Shown: in pieces, positions 9,315 to 20,125 of the stretch
Position numbering within the stretch: the first letter of the stretch is position 1
How the letters are laid out: the number at the start of each line of letters is the position of its first letter
Assembly (NCBI GenBank): GCA_963727615.1
Contig: CAVSHD010000008.1
Span: 22,250 to 86,249 of the forward strand
Length of the DNA stretch: 64,000 bases
Source of the DNA: an uncultured Solirubrobacterales bacterium
GTDB taxonomy: Bacteria > Actinomycetota > Thermoleophilia > Solirubrobacterales > 70-9
Reading direction: 5' to 3'
Notes under the pieces: model-generated
What the model was told of the DNA's origin: nothing
The model's database searches: none
The model's input: only the letters and a program-made list of their open reading frames with translations
Made by a program: the position numbers and the translations under genes

Positions 9315-10421
9315 ATGACCGCTGCCGGGGGATCGACCGCGCCACTCTTCGACGCCGGCGGCGCCGCACGGCGCCTGCGTGCCTCGCCGCTGTTCGCGAT
9401 CGGCCCGGCCGAGCCCGGGCCCGCGATCCGTCGCGGCCTGCTCGTCTCAGCTCCGGTCGGCGCCGCGATGCTGCTCGAGCTCGGGCTCCACAGCCCGACG
9501 AAGGGCTCGATCGCGACCGGCGCCCTGCTCGCCGGGTTCGCCGGCCTCGATGCGCCGGCCAGGGTGCGGGCCGCCTGGCAGGCCGCCGTCGCCCCGCTGG
9601 TCGGGGTCGCCGCGGCGCTGGGGGTGCTGACCGGCACCACGCCGGCCCTCGCGGTGCCGGCGATCGCCCTGTTGGGAGCGGCGGCCGGCTACTGCTTCTC
9701 GGTCTCGCTGCGGCTCTCGATCGCGGGGCTCTCGATCGCCCTCTCGGCGGTCATCGCCCAGGGCCTGCCCCTCGACGTGGGGGACACGCTGCCGGCGCTG
9801 CTGTTCGCGACGGCCGGCGGGCTGCTTCAGGCCCTCTTCTCACTGCTCGTCTTCGCCGCGGGGGACCGCATTGAGGAGGGCGGGGCGGAGGCCTGGAGCA
9901 CGCCGGCGGCGCTCGCCGCGCTGCGGGCGAACCTGAGCCTGGAATCGGTCGCCGCCCGCCACGCCCTCCGCTTCGGCGCGGCGCTCGCCGCCGGAGTCGC
10001 CGCCTACTGGCTGCTGGGCATGGACGAGCACGGCTTCTGGATCCCGTTGACGATCCTCTTCGTCCTCCGCCCGGAGCGCGACGAGACATTCCGCCGCCTC
10101 GCCCTGCGCGCCGTGGGAACCGCCGTGGGGCTGGTGCTCGCGACGGCCCTCTCCGAGTGGCTCCAGGGCGAGGCGATCCCGCTCGCCCTCGCCCTGACCG
10201 TGGCCACCGGCCTCTCCTATGGCCTGCTCACCGTCCAGTACGCGCTGTTCACGGCGGCGATCACGACGTATGCGGTGCTGCTCGCCGACACTCTCGGCGA
10301 GCCGGCCCTCGCGGCCGCCGGCCAGCGCGCCGGCGCAACGGCGATCGGCATCGCGATCGCGGGAGCCGCGTTCCTGCTCTGGCCGAACCGCGCCGCCGGG
10401 CGGGTGGACGATCGGGCCTGA
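9315..10421 (+). CDS. FUSC-like (aromatic acid exporter family) integral membrane protein
   Basis: Real part of track ORF 8877..10421, starting at ATG 9315. Multiple TM helices and LFVLRPERDETFRRLALRAVGTAVG resemble the FUSC family. Confidence 0.65.
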   Translation: MTAAGGSTAPLFDAGGAARRLRASPLFAIGPAEPGPAIRRGLLVSAPVGAAMLLELGLHSPTKGSIATGALLAGFAGLDAPARVRAAWQAAVAPLVGVAAALGVLTGTTPALAVPAIALLGAAAGYCFSVSLRLSIAGLSIALSAVIAQGLPLDVGDTLPALLFATAGGLLQALFSLLVFAAGDRIEEGGAEAWSTPAALAALRANLSLESVAARHALRFGAALAAGVAAYWLLGMDEHGFWIPLTILFVLRPERDETFRRLALRAVGTAVGLVLATALSEWLQGEAIPLALALTVATGLSYGLLTVQYALFTAAITTYAVLLADTLGEPALAAAGQRAGATAIGIAIAGAAFLLWPNRAAGRVDDRA

Positions 10422-10465
10422 CCGGTTGGCAATGGCGGGCCGTACGTGCCAAGCTGTCCCGACCG

Positions 10466-12235
10466 ATGAAGCTGAAGCTCGTGCTCGTCCTCACAGCGGC
10501 TCTCTCGATGGCTGCAGCCGGTACCGCCCAGGCCGCGGTCACCGTCTCGAACGCCAATGACAGCGGCCCCGGCTCCCTGCGCCAGGCGATCGAAAGCGCG
10601 CCCCCGGGGGAAACGGTGATCGTCCCGGCCGGCGACTACCAGGTGAGCAGCGAACCGCTGAAAATCGAAAAGAGCGTGACCGTCACCGGGGCGGGGCCCA
10701 ACGCGACGGTGATCCGCTCGACCGGCCCGTTCCGGGTCTTCACGATCATGCCGGCGCCGATGACGCAGGCCGCGGTGACGCTCTCGCAGATGATGATCCG
10801 CGACGGAAGGGTCTTCGAACTGCAAGCGATCGGCGCCGGAGTCCTCGCCGTCAACGCCAACCTCACCCTGAGTGGGGTGAACCTGACCGGCAACCTCGCC
10901 AACGCCAACGAAGAAGGCGCGGGGGGCGTCGGCGGGACCGCCGTCGGGGCCGGCGCCTTCCTCACGAACGGGCAGCTGACGGTGTCGGCAAGCAACGTCT
11001 ACGGGAACACCGCCGAAGCGCGCGGCGGGCCCGGCGCCCATGGAGGCATGGCCGAGGGTGGCGGTGTCTTCGTGGCCAATAGCCCCTACAGGGTCGAGGG
11101 GTCGAGCATCACCGGCAACGTCAGCGACGCCTCCGGCGGCCCCGGAGCGACCGACGGGGGGCTCGCCGCCGGCGCCGGCGTGGCCAGCAACGGCAGCACT
11201 GAAGCATCGACCCTGGCCTCCAGCACGATCGCCGAAAACGTCGCCCAAGCGATGCCCGGGCCCAGCGGCAATGCCGGCGAAGTTGGTGGCGCCGGGCTCT
11301 TCGCGATCGCCGCCAAAAGCTCGGTCTCGCTGGCAAACTCGACGATCGCCGCCAACGTCGCCCGCAACGGCGCCGGCACGGGCAAACCGGGATTCGCGGC
11401 CGGGCTCTTCGCGGTCGCCGGAGCGGGGGGCACGGTGACGATCACGAGCACGACGATCGCCGCCAACCGACTCGAGTCGACGACGCCGGAAAGCCAGGGA
11501 GGCAACCTCTTCGCGGTCGGGCCGCCCGGCTCGATCTCCTTCGCGAACTCGATCGTTTCGGCCGGGGTCGGGCCCGCCGGAAGCGAGAACTGCGTGACCA
11601 CGGAAAGCAAATCGCTCGGCTTCAACCTCGACAGCCTCGACCAGTGCGGCTTCCACGCTCCCGGGGATCAGGTGAACACCGACCCGGCGCTGTTGCCCCT
11701 GCAGAGCTTCGGCGGCCCGACGCTGACGATGGCGCCGACCGCCGGCAGCCCGATCATCGACCAGGGCGCCTCATTCGGCCTGAGCACGGACCAGACCGGA
11801 GCCCAGCGCCCGGTCGACTTTCCGACGATCCCCAACTCGCCCGCGCCCGGAGCCGACGGCTCCGACATCGGCGCCTTCGAGCTGCAGCCGTCGAGCCAAC
11901 TGGCGCTGGGCAAGCTGAAGCGCAACCGCAGGAAGGGAACCGCGACGCTGAGCATCCGCCTCGGCCAGCCCTCCCTGGGCACTCTCGGGCTCCGCGGCAA
12001 GGGGCTCAAGGGCCGAACGGTGACGATCGCCGGGCAGAGCGAAGTCAAGCTCAAGGTCGCACTCGCCTCCAGGAAGCTCCGCAAGGCGCTGCGCAGGAAG
12101 GGCAGGCGCAAGGTCGGGATCAGGGTGACCTACTCGCCGACCGCGAACGCGGCGGTCACCGTGACCCGCAAGGCGAAGCTGATCCAGAAGGCGCATAGGA
12201 AGCGGAAGAAGTCCCGTACGCACAAACGGCACTAG
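10466..12235 (+). CDS. Secreted right-handed beta-helix protein with a choice-of-anchor-Q-like domain and a basic C-terminal module (paralog A)
   Basis: Signal peptide MKLKLVLVLTAALSMAAAGTAQA. NDSGPGSLRQAIESAPPGETVIVPAGDY, Gly/Ala/Asn-rich coils, GSENC...[13 protein letters not shown]...[11 protein letters not shown], then a K/R-rich tail. Confidence 0.8.
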   Translation: MKLKLVLVLTAALSMAAAGTAQAAVTVSNANDSGPGSLRQAIESAPPGETVIVPAGDYQVSSEPLKIEKSVTVTGAGPNATVIRSTGPFRVFTIMPAPMTQAAVTLSQMMIRDGRVFELQAIGAGVLAVNANLTLSGVNLTGNLANANEEGAGGVGGTAVGAGAFLTNGQLTVSASNVYGNTAEARGGPGAHGGMAEGGGVFVANSPYRVEGSSITGNVSDASGGPGATDGGLAAGAGVASNGSTEASTLASSTIAENVAQAMPGPSGNAGEVGGAGLFAIAAKSSVSLANSTIAANVARNGAGTGKPGFAAGLFAVAGAGGTVTITSTTIAANRLESTTPESQGGNLFAVGPPGSISFANSIVSAGVGPAGSENCVTTESKSLGFNLDSLDQCGFHAPGDQVNTDPALLPLQSFGGPTLTMAPTAGSPIIDQGASFGLSTDQTGAQRPVDFPTIPNSPAPGADGSDIGAFELQPSSQLALGKLKRNRRKGTATLSIRLGQPSLGTLGLRGKGLKGRTVTIAGQSEVKLKVALASRKLRKALRRKGRRKVGIRVTYSPTANAAVTVTRKAKLIQKAHRKRKKSRTHKRH

Positions 12236-12249
12236 GGGGTGTCCGGCAG

Positions 12250-14025
12250 ATGCGATTGAGAACGATCGGCGCCGTCGCAGCCGCAACCGCAGCCCTGCTC
12301 GGCTCGGCCGCCACGGCCCAGGCCGCGATCACCGTGGCCAATACCAACGACAGCGGCGCCGGCTCGCTGCGCCAGGCGATCGCCGAAGCCCCGCCCGGGG
12401 AAACGATCGTCGTCCCGGCGGGCACCTACACGCTGACCAGCGAAGAACTGCTCATCCTCAAGCCGCTGACGTTCGTCGGGGCGGGGGCGGGCGAAACGGT
12501 CGTCCGCGGAGGCGGGAACTTCAGGCTTTTCCTGATCGTCGGCGCGACCGACGTCTCGATCGGCGGCATGACGATCCGCGACGGAACGCTGACCGGCACA
12601 TCCCCGCAGGGAGTCGGCCTGCTCGCGACCAACACGAACCTGACCCTCTCCGGTGTGGTGGTCACGAACAACCTCGCCAACGCCGACGGAGCCCCGGGCG
12701 TCAAAGGCGGGAACGCCTCGGCGGCGGGGGTCCTGGTCGCAAACGGGGAATTGAGGTTGATCGACAGCAGGGTCATCGGCAACCGGGCGAGCGCCGTCGG
12801 CGGCGCCGGAGCGGAAGGCGGTAGAGCGGAAGCAACCGGCGTCCTCGTCGTCGGTCCGGTGCAGGTCGTCAACTCGACGATCTCCGACAACGTCTCGAAT
12901 GCCGCCGGTGGCCAGGGGACGGCAAACCCCGCCCAGAAGGGAGGCCGAGCGGAATCCGCCGGTCTGCTCGGGGTCCAGAACGCGCCGCGGCCCACGGCCA
13001 TCCTCAACAGCACGATCAGCGGCAACGTCGCCGAAGCGCCGGGCGGCCCCGGCGCCAACGGCGGAAAAGCCTCGGCCGCGGGGATGCTCGAGGTCTCCAA
13101 TGCGGCGCCGGTGCTGATCGCCGATACGACGATCGCCGCCAACACCGCCGGCGCGGCCGGCGCCGGCGGCAAAGCGGAAGCGGGCGGGGCGCTCCTCGTC
13201 GCCGGCAGCCCGGGCCATATCTCCTTCGTCGGCTCGACGATCGCCGCCAACGGCGTCCACGCACCGTCGGCGGAAGCGGGGAATTTGCTGGCGGTGAAAG
13301 AGGTCAGCTTCGCCGACACGATCGTCGCGGGCGGCGTCGGCCCGGCCGGGACCGAGAACTGCCTGGCGGTCGAAACCGCGTCTCTCGGCTTCAACATCGA
13401 CTCAGCCGACCAGTGCGGCTTCCACTCGCCGGGCGACAGGGTCAACACCGACCCGCTGCTGGGCCCGCTCGCCTTCAACGGCGGCCCGACCCAGACGATC
13501 GCCCCGGCCCTTGGCAGCCCGGCGATCGACCAGGGCGCCGCCTTCGGGCTGACCACCGACCAGCGCGGGATCGTCAGGCCGATCGACCTGCCGTCGATCC
13601 CGAACCCGGCCGTGCCCGGGGCCGACGGCTCCGACATCGGCGCCTACGAGCGCCAGCCGTCAAACGAGCTGGCGCTGGGCGGCCTGAAGCGCAACAAGAG
13701 GAAGGGCACGGCGCTGCTGACCGTCTACCTGCCGACGCCCTCGGCGGGGTCGATCACCCTCACCGGCAGGGGCCTCCAGCCCCAGTCTCTCTCGATCGCC
13801 GGTGAGACCGTGGTCGCGCTCAAGGTCGCGATCCGCAACAAGAAGCTGCGCAGGGCCCTGCGCAGGAAGGGCAGGCGCAAGGTCGGGATCACCGTCACCT
13901 ACGCGCCGACCGGCAACGCGCCGGCCGCGGTCAGCCGCAAGGCGAAGCTGCTCCAAAGGAAGAGGAAGAGGAAGCACAGGAAGAGGCACCGCACGCACAG
14001 GCGCTCCAGCAACCAGGCTGGCTAG
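12250..14025 (+). CDS. Secreted beta-helix / choice-of-anchor-Q-like protein (paralog B)
   Basis: Same architecture as paralog A. Starts 14 nt after paralog A. Tail is [22 protein letters not shown]. Confidence 0.8.
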   Translation: MRLRTIGAVAAATAALLGSAATAQAAITVANTNDSGAGSLRQAIAEAPPGETIVVPAGTYTLTSEELLILKPLTFVGAGAGETVVRGGGNFRLFLIVGATDVSIGGMTIRDGTLTGTSPQGVGLLATNTNLTLSGVVVTNNLANADGAPGVKGGNASAAGVLVANGELRLIDSRVIGNRASAVGGAGAEGGRAEATGVLVVGPVQVVNSTISDNVSNAAGGQGTANPAQKGGRAESAGLLGVQNAPRPTAILNSTISGNVAEAPGGPGANGGKASAAGMLEVSNAAPVLIADTTIAANTAGAAGAGGKAEAGGALLVAGSPGHISFVGSTIAANGVHAPSAEAGNLLAVKEVSFADTIVAGGVGPAGTENCLAVETASLGFNIDSADQCGFHSPGDRVNTDPLLGPLAFNGGPTQTIAPALGSPAIDQGAAFGLTTDQRGIVRPIDLPSIPNPAVPGADGSDIGAYERQPSNELALGGLKRNKRKGTALLTVYLPTPSAGSITLTGRGLQPQSLSIAGETVVALKVAIRNKKLRRALRRKGRRKVGITVTYAPTGNAPAAVSRKAKLLQRKRKRKHRKRHRTHRRSSNQAG

Positions 14026-14033
14026 GGCGAACG

Positions 14034-15807
14034 ATGGGCCAGGGAACGATCCGGAGGCTGCTGTCGGCGGCGGTCGCGCTGGCCGCCGCTGCGGCCAGCG
14101 CTGCGCCGGCCGCCCAGGCCGCGATCACCGTCGCCAACACCAACGACAGCGGCGCCGGCTCGCTGCGCCAGGCGATCGCCACGGCCCCGCCGGGGGAAGT
14201 CGTCCTCGTCCCGGCCGGCACCTACACGCTGACCAGCGGGCCGCTGAGCGTGGGGAGCGCGCTGCTCATCGACGGTGCGGGCAGCGCCGAGACGGTGATC
14301 CGCTCCGGCGGGCCGTTCAGGGTGATCGAGTACAGCGGCAATTTCCCGGCCACCCTCTCCGACCTGACGATCCGCGACGGCCATGTGGTCCAAAAACTCG
14401 CGACGGGCGCGGGCGTGTACAGCAGCCAGGCCGACCTCACTCTCCTGCGCGTCTCCGTCCTCGGCAACACCGCGGACGCGAACGGCCCACCCGGCGAAAA
14501 GGGCGGCAACGCCAGCGGTGCCGGCGTCTTCGCGAAAGAAGGAGGGCTCACCCTGCTGGAAAGCTCGGTCAGCTCCAACACCGCGACCGCCAACGGGGCC
14601 GCCGGAAAATCGGGTGGCCTCGTTCAGGGCGCAGGCATCTTCTCGATCGGGAGGCTGACCATGGTCAACTCGACCGTGGCGGACAACCTGGGCTCCGCCA
14701 CGGGCGGGAACGGGCCCTCCAACCCCGAACAGCTGGGCGGCCTTGCGCAGGGCGGCGGGGTCTTCGCGCTCCAGACCGCCCCCGAGAGCGCCTACCTGAC
14801 CAGCGTCACGATCAGCGGCAACGTCGGTGACGCCTCAGCCGGCCCGGGCGGCTCCGCCGGCATTGCGCAGGGCGGGGGCGTGTTCGACCTGGCGGCAAAA
14901 GCGAACGCCACCCTGGTCAAGGCGACGATCGCCGACAACGTCGTTCGCGCTCCGACGGGCACAGCGCAGGGCGGGGGGGTGTTCGGAAGCGCCACCGAAC
15001 CGGGCTCCGTGGAGCTGCTCAGCGCGACACTCGCCGGCAACGGGCTCGTCGGTGTCGCCTCGAGCTCCGGCGGGAACCTCTTTCTCTCCTCCGAAGGCCA
15101 CCTGAGGAACTCGATCGTCGCCAACGGCTTCGGCACGCCGGGGAGCGAGAACTGCGCCGCGTTCGAAGGCCTCTCGCTTGGCTTCAATATCGACTCGCTC
15201 GACCAGTGCGGGTTCCACGCTCCTGGCGACTGGGCGAACACCGACCCCCAGCTCGGCCCACTCGCCTTCAACGGCGGCCCAACCCAGACGATCGCGCCCG
15301 CGCCGACCAGCCGGGCCGTCGATAACGGCGCCGCCTTCGGCCTGAGCACCGACCAGCGCGGGGTGGTGCGGCCGATCGACCTGCCGACAATCCCCAACGC
15401 GGCCGTGCCCGGGGCCGACGGCTCCGACATCGGCGCGGTCGAGTTTCAGCCGTCGAATGCGCTCAGGCTCGGCAAGTTGAAGCGCAACAGGCGGCGCGGC
15501 GTCGCACTGCTGATCGTGCACCTGCCGGCGCCTTCGGCGGGGACGCTGACGCTGACCGGGAAGGGGCTGAAGACGCGGACGGCGGTGCTCGCCGCCGGCG
15601 AGACCCGGGTCAAGATGACCGTGGCGATCCGCAACAAGAAGATTCGCCGGGCGCTTCGCCGTAAGGGCAGGCGTAGAGTCGCGATCAGGGTCACCTACTC
15701 GCCGACCGGGAACGTTGCGGCGACGGCGACCCGCAGGGCGAAGCTGATCTTCAAGAAGAAGCGCCGCAAGCACAAGAGAACGCACCACCGGTCGCGCCAC
15801 CCGGTAG
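14034..15807 (+). CDS. Secreted beta-helix / choice-of-anchor-Q-like protein (paralog C); the stop codon is not resolved
   Basis: Same architecture, starting 8 nt after paralog B. The track ORF runs in frame into the thiolase (14034..17066). The end given here is the TAG at 15805-15807, which sits in the +1 frame. Confidence 0.75.
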
Positions 15808-15869
15808 ATTTCCTGGCCAGCCAGCCAACGCGCGCCCGAAGAACGGCGCGGCAGACACAGGAGCAGACT

Positions 15870-17066
15870 TTGAGCAACCGTACTTTCGTGATCGGGGTCG
15901 GGATGACCAAGTTCGAGAAGCCCGGCACCAAGGAGGGCGACTACCCCGACTGGGCCAGGGAGGCGGGCGAAAAGGCGCTGCTCGACGCCGACATCCCCTA
16001 CGCGGACATCGAGCAGGCCTACGCCGGGTACTGCTATGGCGACTCGACCTACGGGCAGCGGGCGCTCTACCAGCTCGGCCTGACCGGGATCCCGGTCGTC
16101 AACGTCAACAACAATTGCTCGACCGGCTCCTCGGCGCTCTTCCTCGCCCGCCAGGCGGTCAAGGGCGGCCTCGCCGAGTGCGCGCTGGCGCTCGGCTTCG
16201 AGAAGATGGAGCCCGGCAGCCTCGGGGTCAAGTACACCGACCGCACCAACGCCCTCGACCGGCACGCGACGCGGATGTTCGAGATCCGCGATCCGGAGGC
16301 CTCGCCGCCGGCGCCGCAGATGTTCGGCAACGCCGGCCGCGACCACATGGAGAAGTACGGCTCCAACCCCGACCACTACGCCTGGATCGGGTGGAAGAAC
16401 CACAAGCACTCGGTCAACAACCCCTACGCGCAGTTCCAGGACGAGTACACGATCGAGGAGATCAAGGCGGCGAAGATGATCCACGACCCGCTGACCAAGC
16501 TCCAGTGCTCGCCGACCTCCGACGGCTCGGCCTGCGCGATCGTCGCCTCCGAGAGCTACGTCGACGAGCACGACCTCTGGGAGCAGGCGATCGAGATCGC
16601 CGGCCAGTCGATGGTCACCGACCTCTCCTCGACCTTCTCCGAGGACGCCGATTGCATGACGATCGTCGGCTCCGACATGTCGAAGGCGGCGGCCACGGCC
16701 GCCTACGAGGAGGCCGGGGTCGCCGCGGACGAAGTCGACGTCTGCGAGCTGCACGACTGCTTCAGCGCCAACGAGCTGATCACCTACGAAGCGCTCGGGT
16801 TCGCCGCCGAGGGCGAGGCCCACAGGCTGGTCGAGGAAGAGGCGACCACCTACGGCGGCAAGGTCGTCGTCAACCCCTCGGGCGGCCTGATCTCGAAGGG
16901 CCATCCGCTCGGAGCCACCGGCCTCGCCCAGTGCTCCGAACTCACCTGGCAGCTGCGCGGCGAAGCCGACAAGCGCCAGGTCGAGGGAGCGAAGCTCGCC
17001 CTCCAACACAACATCGGCCTCGGCGGCGCCGCGGTCGTGACCGTCTACAAGCCGGCCGCCGCCTAG
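15870..17066 (+). CDS. SCP-x / nonspecific lipid-transfer-protein-type thiolase
   Basis: (L)[19 protein letters not shown]-terminus and [11 protein letters not shown] active-site Cys region. AGGAG lies 7 nt upstream of TTG 15870. Confidence 0.85.
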   Translation: MSNRTFVIGVGMTKFEKPGTKEGDYPDWAREAGEKALLDADIPYADIEQAYAGYCYGDSTYGQRALYQLGLTGIPVVNVNNNCSTGSSALFLARQAVKGGLAECALALGFEKMEPGSLGVKYTDRTNALDRHATRMFEIRDPEASPPAPQMFGNAGRDHMEKYGSNPDHYAWIGWKNHKHSVNNPYAQFQDEYTIEEIKAAKMIHDPLTKLQCSPTSDGSACAIVASESYVDEHDLWEQAIEIAGQSMVTDLSSTFSEDADCMTIVGSDMSKAAATAAYEEAGVAADEVDVCELHDCFSANELITYEALGFAAEGEAHRLVEEEATTYGGKVVVNPSGGLISKGHPLGATGLAQCSELTWQLRGEADKRQVEGAKLALQHNIGLGGAAVVTVYKPAAA

Positions 17067-17089
17067 CGACGGTCGAGAAGGAGAGGACG

Positions 17090-17953
17090 ATGGCGAAGAA
17101 GGAGCGAGAGGCACTTTCAGGCAAGGTCGTGGCGATCACCGGGGGAGCCCGGGGGATCGGCAGGGCCACCGCCACGGCGCTCGCCCGCAAGGGCTGCCGG
17201 GTCGCGATCGGCGACATCGACGTGCCACTCGCCGAGCGAACCGCCGCCGAGCTCGGAGGGGGGACCCTGGCCCTCCCCGCCGACGTCACCGACCGGGCCT
17301 CCTTCGCCGCCTTCCTCGACGAGGCCGAGCGCCAGCTGGGCCCGATCGACGTCGTCATCAACAACGCCGGGATCATGCCGGTGACGCCCTTCGTCGAGGA
17401 GAGCGAGGACTCGGTCCACCGTCAGGTCGACATCAACCTGCACGGCGTGATCACCGGCACCCAGCTGGCGATCGAGCGGATGACGCCGCGGGGCGCCGGC
17501 CACATCGTCAACATCGCCTCGCAGGCCGGCAAAGGCGGCCTGCCCGGGATCGCCACCTACGCGGCGACCAAGCACGGGGTCGTCGGCCTGACCGAGTCGG
17601 TCCGCTGGGAGCTGCGCGGCAGCGGCATCGAAACCCACTGCGTGATGCCGACGGTGGTCAACACCGAGCTGACCAGCGGCGTCGGCCAGCGCTGGGTCAA
17701 ACCCGTCGAGGCCTCCGACGTCGCCGATCAGATCGTCGAGGCCCTCGAAGTGGGGCGCTACGACGTCTGGGTGCCGAGCGAGAACGGCGTCTTCTACAAG
17801 ATCGTCGGCCTGCTGCCCCGCAACGCGCGTGAGGCGATCGGCCGGCTGATGAAGGTCGACAAGCTGATGACCGAGGTCGACCACGGCGCCCGCAACGCCT
17901 ACGAGGAGCGGGTCGCCCGGGAAAAGGCAGAGGCCCGGCGGGAAGCGGCCTGA
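17090..17953 (+). CDS. Short-chain dehydrogenase/reductase (SDR)
   Basis: KVVAITGGARGIGRA cofactor motif and YAATKHGV catalytic motif. This is the real part of track ORF 16115..17953. Confidence 0.9.
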   Translation: MAKKEREALSGKVVAITGGARGIGRATATALARKGCRVAIGDIDVPLAERTAAELGGGTLALPADVTDRASFAAFLDEAERQLGPIDVVINNAGIMPVTPFVEESEDSVHRQVDINLHGVITGTQLAIERMTPRGAGHIVNIASQAGKGGLPGIATYAATKHGVVGLTESVRWELRGSGIETHCVMPTVVNTELTSGVGQRWVKPVEASDVADQIVEALEVGRYDVWVPSENGVFYKIVGLLPRNAREAIGRLMKVDKLMTEVDHGARNAYEERVAREKAEARREAA

Positions 17954-17987
17954 GCTTGAAGCGGGCCGGGATGCCCGCTAGCCTCGC

Positions 17988-20110
17988 TTGCCGATGAGGG
18001 GATTTCTCGCCGCGCCGCTCGGCGTCGCCATGACGCTCCTGGTGACCTGCCTCGCGCAGGCCGCGCCACCTCCGAACGACGCCTTCTCCGCCGCGCAACC
18101 GCTGAGCGTCGGGCAGGAGCTCTCCGCCACCAACCTCGAGGCGACGTCCGAGCCGGAAGAGCCGGAACCCCTTGCCGCGATCAAAGAACCGAGCTGCAAT
18201 TTCTCCCTCGACGCGGAACCGCGCTGCACGGCGTCGGTCTGGTACTCGTTCACGGCCCCGAGCACGACCACCTATACGGTCGAGACCTGCGACCGGGGAA
18301 CCGATATGGACACGGTGCTGGCCATGTTCACGGGAGCCACGATAGGGACGCTGTCCGAAACCGCCGTAAATGACGACAGCTGCCCGGGCGGCTCCGGAAA
18401 CGCGGGCAGCCGAATCACCTGGGCCGCGGAAGCCGGCGTCACGTACAGCATCGAGGTGAACGGGCGGCGATGCCGATCGCGGCTCCTTCTACCTGCGTGC
18501 CTACGCGGGGACGCCGCAGCCGCGGCCCGAGCCCGACACCGCGATCGACCGGGAATCCTCATACCGGTGGGCGGAAGCTCCGATGAGCCAGGAAGCGAGA
18601 GGAGTGCTGAGCGGACCGCGGCACAGCGCCAGCTTCGTCCTGGTCGGGACCCAGCCGGGCTCGACCTTCGATTGCTCGCTGGACGGGAGCGCCTACTCCG
18701 CCTGCACGTCGCCGGTTTCCTACGACAACCTCGCCGTCGGCTCCCATCACGAGTTCAGGGCGAGGGCCACGTCCGGCGGGTCGACCGACCCGACCCCGGT
18801 CATCCAGCGCTTCACGATCGACACCGATGCGCCCGAGACGACGCTGACCAGCCAGCCTCCGCCGGAATCCGCGAGCCCATTCGGCTCATGGGAATTCGCC
18901 AGCAGCGAGCCGGTTCCCAATTTCGTGGCGGCCGCCTGCGGCGTGGATCTGCAGACGCCCTTCGGATGCGGGAACTACGTCGGCGTCGAAAACCTCTGCC
19001 AGGGCCCGCACAGCTTCGCGGTCTCCGCCTGGGACCCGGCCGCGAACGTCGACCCGACTCCGGCGGTCTCCCAGTTCCAGGTCACGACCGGCACTCCCTG
19101 CGCGGCGCCGACGATCGATACTCCCACGCCGCCCACCCCGATCGCGACGAGCAGTGGGGAAATCGTCTTCTCCTACCACGACAACGGCGCCGGAGGCACG
19201 ACGTCGATCGAGTACGGCAAGACCGCGGCCTACGGGATCGATGGAGGCAGCCAGCCTGCCGGGCCGAGCGGGGCCGGCGGGGAGTCCGACTACTTCATCC
19301 TGAAGTACATCGAACCGGCCACCACCTATCACTACCGAGTGACCCTCGCGACCCCGTTCGGCTCGGTCTCCACGGCCGATCAGACTTTCACGACCAAACC
19401 GCTGGAAGGCCACACACCGCCGGCCATCCACAACGGGACCCCGCGTGTGGTCGGCTCGCACGCCGCGGAAATCCCATACTTCGTCGACCCGGCCGGCGCC
19501 GACACCGAGTCCGAAGTCCGCCTCGCCGGCAAACAAGCCCACCGGACCGGGGTCGCCGACGTTCCACGCTCCGGGGGAGATCCCGAAATCTGCATCCGGC
19601 CCGCAGCCGCAGTCGGTCCAAGTCGTCGACCTCGATCCGGGCATCTACCACTACCGCGTCGCGGCCTCCCAGTCGATCACCGGCGGCCCCGAAGTCCTCG
19701 GGCCGGAAGAGACCTTCACGGTCCCGGCCGCGCCGGCCACCCCCGCGGCGGTGGCGGTTGCGGCAACGCCACGCCGCTTCCGCCTGCGCCACCGGAACAT
19801 CAGGGTGAGCCACATCACCCGTCACTCGAAGAGGCTGATCGTCAGGCTGCACGGCCTGCCGGCCAAGACCAGGGTGAAGCTGAAGCTGATCGCTCACGGG
19901 GCGAAGCAGTCGGCGCGCAGGAAGGCGAACCGGAACGGGCGGCTGACCTTCAAGCTGGTGCTCTCGAAGCGGATTCGCAAGGCGCTGCGCAAGCCGAAGG
20001 TGAAGAGGGTGAGGCTGCGCTTCAAGGCAAGTCCGCCCGACGAAGCGTCGAGCCACCTGACTCTGACCAAGCGCATCCAGGGCCGCAAGCGCAGCCGATC
20101 CCACCACTGA
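17988..20110 (+). CDS. Secreted protein with a PPC-like N-terminal domain, Ig/FN3-like repeats and a basic C-terminal module; frameshifted in this assembly
   Basis: Signal peptide ...CLAQAAPPPNDAF. The coding sequence is split over three frames (ORFs 17988.., 18583.., 19445..20110). Frame switches lie near 18475 and about 19500-19560. C-terminus is ...RKALRKPKVKRVRLRFKASPP...GRKRSRSHH. Confidence 0.65.
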
Positions 20111-20125
20111 CCGAGGAGCTGCCCG

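Noticed and set aside
10217-13637. Long - strand ORFs (10217..11656, 11086..11625, 12232..13260, 12426..13637, 14792..15430), some resembling each other (MSEPSAPG...)
   Set aside because: They mirror the three paralogous + strand beta-helix genes, so their mutual similarity is inherited from the sense strand. There are no start-context or family signals.
14835-17114. 759-aa ORF antisense to beta-helix paralog C and the thiolase
   Set aside because: It is antisense to two genes with strong family signatures. The composition is dominated by Arg/Gly/Ala/Asp/Val with no motif, which marks a GC-driven artefact.
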